Origin: an uncultured virus (IMG/VR IMGVR_UViG_3300020469_000029)
Taxonomy: Duplodnaviria > Heunggongvirae > Uroviricota > Caudoviricetes > Kyanoviridae
Reading direction: 5' to 3' (one strand)
Length of the DNA: 64,000 nt
IMG/VR virus record: IMGVR_UViG_3300020469_000029
The position numbers and the translations under genes were made by a program. The stretch's first letter is position 1; every line of letters begins with the position of its first letter. The notes under the pieces are model-generated. The model was not told the DNA's origin and made no database searches. It saw only the letters and a list, made by a program, of their open reading frames with translations. Below are positions 34,701 to 38,584 of this stretch, piece by piece.

Positions 34701-37700
34701 TGTAGTCAGGATAGTAATGCTACCAACCACACATACCCTCGTGTAACAGATTATGCTGATGGTAAAGTATTACCTGTATTGGGACTTACATCTTGGGCAT
34801 ATCCATTTAGATCTAAACTAGAATATTACAGACAACGTAGGGTTAGCACTGATTACACTGGTAATGAGGGATCTAATGTTGAGGCAGAAATTTCTACTTT
34901 GATGCAATTTGTAACTGATGCAATAACAACTCCTGCTAACGTTGCAACAAGATCTTACATAATGCCAACCATATGGCCTGTTAAGTATACTCCAGAAGTT
35001 ATGGTAAGGGATCTAACGATTACCTATGATACTGCTGCTGGTGGATCTGGAAGTAACGGCACTTGGAATCAAGTATGTGGTGAAGTAGCATCTGGTATAG
35101 ACACATTATCAGAGATTATTATTGATACAATATCTAAAGCAGCAAATGGTCAAGGTAATCATCTTGCTACTGTAACTAAAACATATCCATACAACTCTAA
35201 TGCAAATTATCAGGCAGGTACATGTTACAACGTAACATCTGCTATTGATACTGTATTCGATCTAATGATTGATGCATTGGGTGCTGGAGAAAATAATGCT
35301 AAAATGATATCTAATATGATATTATTCAATCAGCAAGCAATTGCTGCTAGAGCATTTGCAGATACACAAGCATCATATCCAACTACCAATCTTACTATTG
35401 ACTTTGCTAATAATGTAGTTAAGGGAGTCCGTTATGACTTAGTAACTAGTGGTAATGCTGGAGCATTTAGATTAGCACAAACATGGTTTGATGGTGAAGG
35501 CAACTTCATTGCATATAGCAACGTTACTAGAACACATCTATTATTCTGCTTATCTAAACTTCGTCAGTATTGTAAGAGTATATTATATGAGCCTGATGCA
35601 GCAGGATGGGCATCTTACGATGTATACATCCCATCAGATAGATTAGAGTGGAATCAAGAAGCAGCTGAGTTTGAAATTGATTCTTCACTTAACCCACTTG
35701 AGTTCTCATTGGAAATGTCACAATTCCCAACTGAAGCAAGGGCAACATTTATCGCATCTACTGATGCTCTTAACAGAGTTACTAAGAATGAGATGGGTGT
35801 TGATTACAACACAGATCCAGAATTGGTAAGTCTAACTCCAGAAATTAATGTAGGTTATGATCGTGCTGAGTATAGAGTTAGAATTTACCAACCTAACTTC
35901 TTCCGTCGTGGAGATGTATTACAATACATTCCAGCATCAGAGACTTCATTAACTGGTCTTTCTGGACAAGAATTCTTCTATTGTTTAACTGCTACATCTG
36001 AGTGGTTTGAAATAGGTGCTTCTTATATTCACGATGGTAGATTTAGAAAATTAGAAGTAGATAAGTCTAATAGTGGATCTCAGATCTTTGCGGTTGTAAG
36101 AAGATCAGGTGTTACTAGAACTGCTTCTACTTACCCAACAGATACTTCTGAGACACCAATACAAGGTGGATTCAATCCTGCTGATGTTATCTACGGATTT
36201 ACATCAAATGCAAATGCTGAAGTTGGTCAAGTATTGCAAAACGAAGGTAAGATTTATAAACTCTATACACATTATCCATCTGTTGCTGGTCAAACAATAC
36301 CTCCAACATATGACAATCTAACTAATGGTGAATTAGTCACTGTTGATGGTGCTCCATCAAACACTGGTTATGTTTTACAAACTGCTCAACCAAATAGTGA
36401 AACAGGTGCATCTATTGTTAAGATTCATACTATAGCTGGTACAATATCTGACACTAACGTTATTACTGGTGCTGATAGTGGCACTCAACATACACTTGGT
36501 GCACCATCTGATAGATTCTTAATTAACGTTGAGAATGGATCATTTGCTTCAGGTGATTGGTTCTTCAGTAAAGTTGGATCAGTTGAAGGTTATATGGATA
36601 ACTATGAATCTAAGTCTGGATCCATAACTGGTAATGATGGTGGTAGAATTACGATGGATGTTGAGACCTTACAAGGTCAATGGGATATTGGAGATCTAAT
36701 CTACGGTAGTATTACAGATTACATTTTAGAGATTAAGGGTATTACTGGTACACAGATTCAATTGAATCAGTATCTACATGGAGTGCAGACTCTAGAGTTA
36801 GATCTAGGTGTAGCAATAATTGATACTGGTATCACAGATACATTTAATGTTGGTGATGAAGTAAGTCTTCTACAAGGTACTATTCAAAAGAATCCAGGAT
36901 TCACTGCTATAGTTACTAAGTATCAACCTGAAGATTTAACTGCAACTCCACCGCTATCACACAAACTCTGGATTGCTAACTTAAATGATGTTGGTGTTGG
37001 TGCTGCTATAAGTGAATTAACACAAGCAGGTAACCATATTGGTAAGATAGAATTGGGATCTAACTTCCCAACAATATATGCTGGTGTATCAGGTTACACT
37101 GCAACAGACTATCAGTCTTATGGTAAGGTTGTTGCAATAGAGCAACAAGGTATTACTGCTACAATATGGATAGAGAATGCTAATGGCACATTTGTTGATA
37201 ACATGTCACTTAAGTCTGACTTTGGATGGGGTGGTGGAGTTTCTAAAGCTAAGACTTTAGAAGGTAGAGTTGATCGTTACTTCCGTGGATTTGATGGCAC
37301 TCAATCAACATTCGACTTAACCATCTCTAATGGTCAGGCATACTATCCAGATCCTGCTGGTCACTTACTAGCATTCGTTAATGGAATCTTGCAACCTCCT
37401 GGCGGTAACCAATCTTACGTTGCATTCTCAGACAAGATACAATTCTCTGAACCACCTGAAATTGGATCTGAGTTTATTGGATACTACGTTGGTAAGTTAC
37501 GTCAGTTAGATGATATCTCCTTCGAGTTTGACTCATTGAGATCCTCATTCAACCTTAAGCGTCAGGGTCTATTCTACTCCTTGACACTGACTGAAGGTGT
37601 TTCCTCTAACGTTATACGTCCTGAGAATAACATTATCGTTTCACTTAACGGTATCATTCAGGAACCAGGAGTTGCATATGAGATCGTTGGATCACGTATC

Positions 37701-38576
37701 ATCTTCGCTGAAGTCCCACGTGCGGGATCAACCTTTGTTGGTTTCTCATATATTGGATCTGACGCAGACGTTATTGCAGCAACAGTTGTCCCACCAATTG
37801 AAGCTGGTGACAGATTGGATATTGACGGTGAGGAATTCCCTCGTGAAGTTGCTCTAATTGAGTCTTCTAACTCACTAATCACATTTGAATATACTGGATC
37901 TGTTAAGGGTAGAAACGCAGCTGCTCTTGCTAATATAACTTCTGGTCAAATTACTAATGCCATAATAACCAATCCTGGCGATGGTTACTCCTCACGACCT
38001 AATGTTGACGTTATCTCTTCCTCTGGATTTGATTCACGTATTACAGCATTAATGGGTATTACTAGAATTGATGTTAAGACTTCTGGTAGTAATTACGCTG
38101 CACCATCCGTACTTATTGATAATGAAGTACCTGATGACTTTACACCTCCTACAGGCGGTGCAATTAACGGTGGATTTGATGTCCTCGCAGGCGAAGGTCC
38201 ATCAGGAGGCGAAGGTGGCGGTGGAGTTGATCCTGGCACAATTGCAATTACTCAAGATCCAGTTAACGTAACAGTTAACCAAGGTCAGACTGCTGGATTC
38301 ACAGTCGTCTCAACTGTTACTAACAGTCAGACAATGAATTATCAGTGGCAGAAGAAGGAGTATGGCACACAGACATGGAGCAACATTATTGGTGCTAACC
38401 AAGCAACATACTTAACAAATAATGCTGCACAGGCAGATGATGGAGATGAATTTAGAGTCGCTATCACTGCTGCTGGTGCAACCCCAGTTTACTCACTCTC
38501 TGCAATATTGAGTGTCCAGACTGGTGCTACTGTAATCAGTAACTTCACACCTAACCTCATCTTCGATGACATCTAA
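10779..38576 (+). CDS. gp7: giant gp7-like baseplate wedge initiator (9265 aa) with many inserted adhesin/repeat domains
   Basis: between gp6 and gp8; core motifs QLPEFI...FL.EYY, FY.SKGT..A..YLFKILFGE (~12900), QDS.FYQ.FSY...HPAG.NMFG (~21504); also YHYH-like, propeller-like, LamG-like, CBM-like and Ig-like segments. Confidence 0.88.
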   Translation: MPITKNINVSDRVENQLPEFIRQEDRQLVNFLFEYYKSQEKTGRPYDILNNLLRYLDLDSYTSEQLASATELLKDIGVYDKKIEIESINGFKEQDGSIMIDNEVIYYESVTRGPDVIITPGLSYPQFNKKKQQLENPFNLFDGTLKNFPLSFLGTPVAPTSADHLIVVTYNNMKVPGVDYFVEGQNIRFTDAPRDQVGSDDSEFTEITYLVGYSDQTIKTADAIPYQEWQNTKIYPLRISGVSYTPTSEVGLIINKNGRLQIPYEDFTVFEDTIVFKNEIGAADDIHIRSVEYIPPSYGSGASAIAKVSDTGTITSLITKSGGSKYRLDFAPKVTITSTSGKNSTARSLIGGIKDINLIDGGQGYTSYNPPIPIVAAPGNSNGTSAKLSLTVDDTTGMIDSITITDSGSGYDFIPAISFKNPSGADIGTPTIDSEGRVNIGSIVVNEMGTGYSNPPVVYIDEAPIGGINAQAISRINQDGQVYEIQIVNRGRGYVTPPRVKIIDPVGAQILDVTVASGSVTNIEMLTGGQGYTDAPSVYIVDDRKDGYGEPIGGIGAKAAATIFNGEITDINITDFGSGYSETEPPKIYIAEPKAARSSVDVGFDQVTGFDILEDGAGYSPSAFLGCARGVSGAVGYDNLHNEIYAGEAALRQTNHHSGAAVTNLDSLFIKEVFDKFRRQYLPTLDIDFSKVNPVQVIKNISDFYISKGTELATQYLFKILFGENVSLYYPKDEIISPSHATWVVDTILRAELIEGDPANLIDSQVNQYADDVDSSVTNASALIENVITIIEGTDTIYELAISEETLTGNFIIPYKTRLVEPLTTSGQIITVDSTIGWPERNGTIRINDVEQVQYKEKSLNQFIECTRSKNGIVEDWDPGTIIQSDIFVYVNQGTSTECKLRILGIAEAGTTVLNDTGSYYIAGDKLKVANLGSTAEELRLQSWLYNVKKLIQVTTITPGGVNNQTATVVCNNPHGLLVSDQVTIYGANPVVYNGTFTVTSRIDQFTFSYQINTPTDLVPQGNILLSVDLNRGKSDITSINNVVSEFTTNIQNAFFNDNYVYVAASGLPNYKIGPFTGSALIPGNQRKLLRFPRIVQTISERKTIDPGTPIGAWVNGVSIWSYKSREFIQYGPLTSITVTNVGESYDAGAKPNVEITGGGGTGATAEVIVNGSLVSFDMTTEGTGYTESPLVSIVGGGGSGATAQAVITGGRVTRILVEQPGTGYTTQPLVSITGGNGTGATATANVRGSISSVNITNFGNGYTSLPSVKVNSGEGALAQPIVINGRIVSIAIINSGESYTTAPNIIINGDGFGAIAKATIGTVGEDRGRVLGVTITNKGIGYTQGLTTVRLEAVGQLASFTPTVYQWNKNLEYELGANGDKFDDARGYVFTGYNNQFGGEYAHLSDPKELRYVVGDNVFLNPVTQNFQELAANYLHSPIIGWAFDGNPIYGPYGYIDPTDQNSGIRRMRTSFKLKSNVVYDEATNPNPSRVDGPPIATYAPGTFVDDYYYDFQSGDLDNYNGRFCKTPDFPDGVYGYFVTIDASDAGIPEYPYIMGPQFNSLPDSWNFSQLATQENIPDGVVRYRDPYTDVDIDVDRQPNQEADVFTTEIEGYPIIFEIQDSNNDGLIDANEQQELLQMSEESTLQIYDYFPRVSEESRVDIEVDTTTQFENAQIDGFVIENPGVSYQVNDTVFFDNENTGGFGASALIESVKGQAIIGYTKSIIGDRCYGNITTSVGHELRQQDEIIVNSRPVIDNTSKTYKVKVVAGVERINVTQAGTGYNTDIPPTFELITTSGQDAELQLVLEGTGQINSINIINSGNGYSSTTPPQIRVSHPQQFKKTRYWLTEYTEAAGSVSVWDSWTTADRVTYICGSVLETDGDQSAILAKFDDLGQLVWERNLIPQNSGTKKMEFVKMYIDESLENDVIYLVGQTYDPNNAAYNPDVWLGQYKSGFNNANAPDGILQWQRSIAGISGLARRDYVTSIALDQEKRIYIAGYTDSNSPDPDDMWIIQCDMDGDLVEKRKIASADDSEMINQIKWISDDRFFFVGVNKQNNDCIFGVFFYDGANIEIEYIRQIPTIGGYVRNPQFVIDEYNDVLLIWDVYNSATTKYEKIQLNKFPISTANTAWEWTKTVTVSGSIDSIRHAGLNVDVFGNYSLVSDIIESENQRYSVIHYLKYDGTVIKETKVDDTVNIGFQAKSHTVDNSGDCIIAVDRRQSDQMASYRFNDVADLDYDFTKQNLATMTLHTPSNASVDASIYKFGTSSLKLSGVCPVKLPAYALQSTEWSMRAWMAMATAHHASTTKPLLFDVTPVAGDSIQVELDGDSTSGNYGKVVLYVNSVQVATSVANTYWTNFGSAAWVHVTFQKREESLGLYQYEVFLNGNLVVNYQSTSDISIQDLTVAGKYSGPNTGNSFIGWIDDLVIDDVAPYTSSYTPPTAEIAITTSISDVALIKFDRKHEKRAAYTLTGLTKYTNVEFSDIETATTWVDLTVSAFSPWIVGAGGLQILDMSQTVATYIPGTYTFTSVKNEYATKTSTIPSPLGKKLTISADVISKFYLRDAGYSKIDNVLEFTFNQDVKLTKGSIIQQFTTTAGNDVVAGFGTIVDIPNADSLTNPGMGNKYKVGKIFGTFNNTDRFKTDVADVNQIAGTYFSVEEAEIPWAASTSVTTGEKRYYDKKIYQSQGTGTTGTIPPVHTGGVVTDGLINWAFVDDAGKFTVDLTEHPYPMPQYLGNDMPEWDNGKLYVVGQKVWHKLNVYVVGAGGAGVSGTTAPVHTTGAVSDGGVTWTWESTSTPISDFARTLPYDIGNNYTVQIVEIQPGSTYIPEDVVSINAGNITEADDEKSVTISGFASVKKIRITARLEKDILRTADVRTNLVYSTSLTPHRFLADEIIYTEGFQGDQFNGSFFVDQVIGSREFTFGIRDVASQDPTFDSSSIANVNIYAKHPTLEFTRNHQYVFDLSDTSNLGYYLSFSQDNQYKLEYSFNNITRSGTPGIPEAGANYPFVKFSVLGDVTNISYYFDPSRTGSTSPVGDNSFIDVITTPYEGTFAISQIISDTEFQFPLLKEPERTSAEVGTDEFGNVYSYYSTTSIRAVGPINTIKLVSPGGFYQKLPIISDIASYRQIEKITVVDGGTEYAPGVYYEVPVNGDGEGGKATITVEFDAEVGSGTITNAQVADPGKGYTIASVDIDSIPGILGQTLAGSGGAVSVVIPEEGSGASVFLTGTNIGKIKRLKNNEFGFGYSHDYTLKPEITFPVNLQLFNTSILSQIKITDPGSGYTSTPAVVIEGGGGAGAEAEAIVKNNRLSEIIIKNSGAGYSSEPVVTLKSEFNYVVNLDLNYLQFNFPHGITTGAEVQFRAEDIGNTEGELPKPSTAGLTSLVANQTYYAIAGDAAGLESDQLRFGLTSASALAGSYITFLTTGSGRQVLLTEVFGGKAIAVVETSRFLEGESVFQGPNVEQSTATGKVSTNTGWQIGPKILKIVDYTGDWAQGEKVTGEISKASGLIDNLSIARGVLNIGSLTKTPGRFIDDVGKPSEIVQKIQDSFFYQNFSYVVQSEIPITEWKTQVLENNHPAGFNMFGQLQLTGGKDVSGRKIGTEFTKQVNINNYSNVNQITSFGAAQPIYTDYNNTEVLFRKKRLTSSEEILTSIVKKLDSVQDQFDGIKKSFPITVEGETVIIKDNQLMITLNGVIQSPGESYQVVGGNLVFAEPPKPPSKVNYRTLTVTPTIIYRIALYDGFGTSNYGIFPTLGQQVQGQNTDTIATVIDSGTNHIDVISLTGTFDLNEQIKRGELFVALIESVTALSSPTIFEFGEAITNLEGDTAYIEETNIDNAGNITDRLVVSKTSGTPKFETGIFDLRLNEMVYSASSKIAGQITFIAPYEDPINNEVVEELIINKGTTFFGLLFERLVSLTNPNVILDDISQSSITPTELYDAEQRINADFLNFEEVRTTEVTYSAITGGTLSEGMIIRNKKTFYGNPVSTFHTIASNRFLDAKRTIANNKQELIDFAEASIAIDYPDYYFPSDVITNSWSRFKDAYRMIQKNKAMIAGMAFDDMKTQYPSSSIPSDAKCKRDLEYFIDAVSIDIYAGGNRYSRKFTLQYFDSQGVFQYVDGEKAETRFAYEKAKDRMKAAITNQYSGTINAVNSGDSWTGYQDLTITADPNPGGNYGSTGSNTANDGVDNCTDVQAAITTLWEFVDEALNNSSIADIPSESLGTYSPHQEKCRRDLGYFIDAIAEDVGQGGNYNTVEFTKKFFNADGTPLTNGVVGEEAEAVHAFTTAGTLMYNAINNLMYWKDLSGVGYNLNDPTTYSGGVAPANRYDANYASGNNQDVNNCANVKSYIDTLKAIATTAMTAGNLTNVNALSSITDGTFQDSETVRTTKIGYKNKGTGLFITGEQIKGVSSGAIFEAIGVNSGLGWLFAGTVTGTFNQDEYITNSTLTTTNCTQSVIVKKAELSGTKSVYIPANGVLSSPASDDYAFGTGDFTLSGWFRPANNVGTQYLWDFRRLDATSGLNIRMDGQAIKVYNGTTLGLSSGNVVTTTGAWTHIAVVRTSGITQLYVNGAQLGGNYVDTNDYLYAALYLGCDFNQGSHWTGHVDNILVKKGVSDYSTGFTVPTQVDYTETGIVFGLDGEAPFILSTEETYAQYSGQRSSSATAKKIDYADRAVITEDVDISRQEYRDCADMIDLNAAYIAEEAVGRMKAAFGDFVIRGDVPAQNSYGGTNTCIRDTKDYILGAIIKDLHEGGNYHTIYTARTYLTTSGQLDHIKEEILQSLYTWNEVGKIAKEIITTTSTTLTGTYTTRYRIPNNFSSPAASAVQDELDTLVNDLLKVIAPNDQRFREGGFQLWKNRDYIAEEVAGFIQNKYQQTIDGVVFDFLEMPGYGQPYCERDIKDFILPGVMSDLVTGGTYQTQAVIDKYLDNNENILHVEHELNALNDAFAHTKMLCMKAVNNLLMSPGEVAAGLLDNDGVALSAPAWSHDDYHAPLYTTQSAYRDSTITLDTEGYPNAATRANPDRYLDAADILAHNKSLIAREVVSCMNDLSKYENLAIPGGHVNCEDDVLDMIEAMVHDLRLDCNEKVWDASALYVETENNSLKHIESEWEASITVVKILRDVVTMAMRNAFGRDYIEGGENSVVEGYESNPKDTIYQLCGDAIDGNIRYIAEQAVAAGLVQFPNLAIPGGPSNCVHDVTDILRALVFNLKYGGNNWLQYASEFYTSYNGNLDHITNAPTESNWIINKAKEYAVRAMKGQVIANDAGHFADQRIYDAVLRPTTALVTSSVDGPTATDFNNLLTRSFDSGESKISTVDVANGVAPGEDAVFRVVTKLPTSPIDGVIFEAGGTDAGVWFGVRDSGTYLRLRAGNGANAYSAGASYASDTGLAMLDLQISNLSTYFDGGDHELVWQIAIGGNQASGKGRVELWIDGTSVGSASTPGSGYTGLSGGTGIFAGSNFAGFGIMGGNQVTNGEASASVINTFKVNVGPAPTIKYDVSAAAYDSSTGDLVLDVGSHNHTEGTFLRLATDSINFTCNMDNNVSTHSYPRSGDPAGNTAVEVLEVYGTEYKATAATYTPDDGIMKLTIPSHGMTNHSTHTVTNSAYDPTSGVLQLTIPSHGFKTGDQIRIENGALVFTCSQDNHASKHGYPRPKDPAGDQWLLIESVISADTFTVNVGSTPKVEYDISDATYDQNTGELEMEIGQHRFVGASTHVASFAEYNADKGTLKLTVSGHKIAPGEQIQILENSMTFTCSMDNHYSDHVYPRSSDPCTRKWLDVIESDIPGGTFVVNVGKSPIKGFVPTAANFNTTTGALQLFVGSHTLAVGTNIKLAQGSLTFTCDMDDHATLHSYPRSKDPVHNEPIAITATTSDSITVNVGTTPQVRYNISNATFTGNNGKLVLTTDRKFGFRDSSIHSISNATFDGMTGLMRLTVANHGFSEGDNIKLDNGAVTFTCSMDNHATTHAYPRSTDQMSGKWMAVRNVSLDSFDVFVGRTPAIPFTIGAATFDPTTGLMTATIGHHNLKQGHSVRLATNSIVFTCYLDAHNSTHAYPRATGSNYSGNNGADPFHNTSIEILSVTDTTITFNVGAGSISDQSAHIYIPNAGMTPTNVNHNPTTGVMVVSVPNHGMDDGDYIKIDDNGLTFTCALDQYATNHSYPRPSDPASGSWLKISNVTTSTFEITVNTTIPQSNTDTHLFVSAVGNCITRAQVVSGGVYNHTYSTSVTDSLRHAGDSIRLADDSLTFRCDEDGQSSDHTYPRAATTSVTPSDVSYDPNIGHLKFTVANHNFLPYSYVKIADNSLTFTCKKDADATDHTYPRSTDPVSGKWMMIHDVTTDTFTVEVLDVIPSTNTTIHSIGNIAANCITHKKDYFYDTNIPIYEVGKTDHTPTSISYNPTHGYMQVTMTNSFTNATGMSPTGATFYPATGTIRIDLNGHTVKNGDMIFINEGAFTFRCDEDSQASDHTYPRSSDPASNKWMKAFNVGSNSFDINVGNFLGEGAISNTTTHVCTSIVGGSVYKANDFVMFDENAITFTCTKDNNATNHTYPRRSDPTFGKWLPIANVTNTGFTVWVGKSGVNDVYDHTFVSVASNGLKRQTGTITLDVGDGAITNTTTHVFQSASANALIGGGTYTHIFKPSTQTYTPTGANYSPTTGVMTLTIPNHGFLDGESIKIGQNSLVFTCLLDANGSDHPYPRNTDPVYDKWLTISNCTDHTFDVQVLENIPSTNTTLHTFKSALTGAVTRATVATGGNYTHKFVAPAQLTPTNASYIPATGIMTLTVADHGLKNGSRIMVEDGFVTFTCDQDSDQTNHAYPRASDPYSQQWMVVKNVTKDTFDVQVLFNIPSSNTTTHAFVSARPQSITVATLFKGNDSIKIAEGGITFTCSMDGGSSLHPYPRTTDPAYNDSLRIVDDGITKWTPTAASYTPSTGVLALTVSKHGFSNGDYIRIEDYALDMSCDMDNNSSDHAYPRGTDPISGKWVQISNVSTDGFDVNVGITAAVNYTPTDADYTPTTGEMEVTIGTHPLKVGQSIQIATGGITLECSQDSYGSTHAYPRSTEDSFTPTNAVYVGETGYLTITSNAHGLDEGSLVKIDDNAITLRCTMDGSQQDKTYPRSSDPISGKWKPIEYIDANTYKIFVGKSEFKSFDPQNVDFTPGTGEMVVTVGPDHGITTAHSVYINRESMCFTCGQDSYGSDHFYPRPNGSGGATGDDPAYANAVSVVSVSDSTITLDVGTSSNVTPHVFKPAVGVTPTAISYSGATGLMTVTIANHGMINGEQIMFNDNSLIFTCNQDSHATEHAYPRHSDYASNTWLTIQNVSTDTFQVQVLDSIPSTNVTTHTFKRAKVGAVKRGSIRGGGSFTHSFQSFASNGLKAKRDRAYDHALEIKKVGHAKYSATGAAYNAATGILTLTVANNPFANGDHVRIADDSLVMTCDMDNNGSNHSYPRATDPASGKWLEISGVSGNDFNVNVGTTPRANYLVSAATYEPTTGVMTMTIGAHNYNAGESVYIEEESLVFKCQADNFGSEHKYPRANGNSGATADDPYYDDACPIISVTADTITVNVGISSNVTTHQFVRSENAFTPSTASYVPGTGVLTITVNGHPFENGDKVQLKNGAFVFECNEDSYGSLHPYPRAQDPAAGEWLVISNKQTNTFDVNVGVSSNTSTHQISSIVTGAVIRGTIRGGGEYTHAFVSAVADGLEKKNSTITVNVGSTVAGNHTHRFASATSGAITAGGNHTHTFERFKNKSLHRQSGKITVNVNIAASNNLYDHTFASALPGAVIAGGKYQHAFVSAKTDGVWKANSYIKISDHALSFQCDLDNYATDHLYPRATDHASNEWLAVSNVDANGNDFEVQVLKGVPSTFLGAHTFVSCIDDGIQIQNGKIRVNVGVSPAGQTYQHTFVSANSGCVIQGGNYKHNFVSAASNCIEVVNDGTKLTPTDAYYDPITGELTLTVAGHSLRADDAVIIVSNALTFTCSQDSNATNHTYPRVTDYADGKVLPVLGLTSWAYPFRSKLEYYRQRRVSTDYTGNEGSNVEAEISTLMQFVTDAITTPANVATRSYIMPTIWPVKYTPEVMVRDLTITYDTAAGGSGSNGTWNQVCGEVASGIDTLSEIIIDTISKAANGQGNHLATVTKTYPYNSNANYQAGTCYNVTSAIDTVFDLMIDALGAGENNAKMISNMILFNQQAIAARAFADTQASYPTTNLTIDFANNVVKGVRYDLVTSGNAGAFRLAQTWFDGEGNFIAYSNVTRTHLLFCLSKLRQYCKSILYEPDAAGWASYDVYIPSDRLEWNQEAAEFEIDSSLNPLEFSLEMSQFPTEARATFIASTDALNRVTKNEMGVDYNTDPELVSLTPEINVGYDRAEYRVRIYQPNFFRRGDVLQYIPASETSLTGLSGQEFFYCLTATSEWFEIGASYIHDGRFRKLEVDKSNSGSQIFAVVRRSGVTRTASTYPTDTSETPIQGGFNPADVIYGFTSNANAEVGQVLQNEGKIYKLYTHYPSVAGQTIPPTYDNLTNGELVTVDGAPSNTGYVLQTAQPNSETGASIVKIHTIAGTISDTNVITGADSGTQHTLGAPSDRFLINVENGSFASGDWFFSKVGSVEGYMDNYESKSGSITGNDGGRITMDVETLQGQWDIGDLIYGSITDYILEIKGITGTQIQLNQYLHGVQTLELDLGVAIIDTGITDTFNVGDEVSLLQGTIQKNPGFTAIVTKYQPEDLTATPPLSHKLWIANLNDVGVGAAISELTQAGNHIGKIELGSNFPTIYAGVSGYTATDYQSYGKVVAIEQQGITATIWIENANGTFVDNMSLKSDFGWGGGVSKAKTLEGRVDRYFRGFDGTQSTFDLTISNGQAYYPDPAGHLLAFVNGILQPPGGNQSYVAFSDKIQFSEPPEIGSEFIGYYVGKLRQLDDISFEFDSLRSSFNLKRQGLFYSLTLTEGVSSNVIRPENNIIVSLNGIIQEPGVAYEIVGSRIIFAEVPRAGSTFVGFSYIGSDADVIAATVVPPIEAGDRLDIDGEEFPREVALIESSNSLITFEYTGSVKGRNAAALANITSGQITNAIITNPGDGYSSRPNVDVISSSGFDSRITALMGITRIDVKTSGSNYAAPSVLIDNEVPDDFTPPTGGAINGGFDVLAGEGPSGGEGGGGVDPGTIAITQDPVNVTVNQGQTAGFTVVSTVTNSQTMNYQWQKKEYGTQTWSNIIGANQATYLTNNAAQADDGDEFRVAITAAGATPVYSLSAILSVQTGATVISNFTPNLIFDDI
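22758..35700 (+). repeat. helical protein repeats (DA..I..N...IA / C-x-R-D...GGN / closing helix), interrupted by inserts
   Basis: KCKRD 23001, KCRRD 23460, TCIRD 24966, YCERD 25452, NCEDD 25962, NCVHD 26352; closing helices at 34875-35279. Confidence 0.75.
27213..34790 (+). repeat. 24 nested copies of a ~105-aa beta-domain (A-x-Y-x-P-x-T-G...H-G / F-T-C-x2-D-x6-H-x-Y-P-R / V-N-V-G / H-x-F)
   Basis: 24 C-x2-D...YPR cores counted in the translation; opening and closing segments balance. Confidence 0.9.
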
Positions 38577-38579
38577 ATA
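38573..38579 (+). promoter_or_regulatory. late promoter variant CTAAATA
   Basis: overlaps the gp7 stop, just upstream of 38585; same arrangement at 40177. Confidence 0.55.
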
Positions 38580-38584
38580 AGGAT

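Noticed and set aside
27213..34790. Diversity-generating retroelement or CRISPR-like array as explanation of the repeats
   Set aside because: No reverse transcriptase or cas gene in the window; repeats are in-frame and diverged at all bases, with no adenine-specific pair or repeat-spacer period seen
10779..38576. Intein or intron explaining gp7 size
   Set aside because: No splicing-junction or homing-endonuclease motifs recognised; the frame is continuous
10779..38576. Assembly artefact creating the repeats
   Set aside because: Copies are highly diverged at nucleotide level and the nesting is balanced, unlike collapsed or duplicated reads
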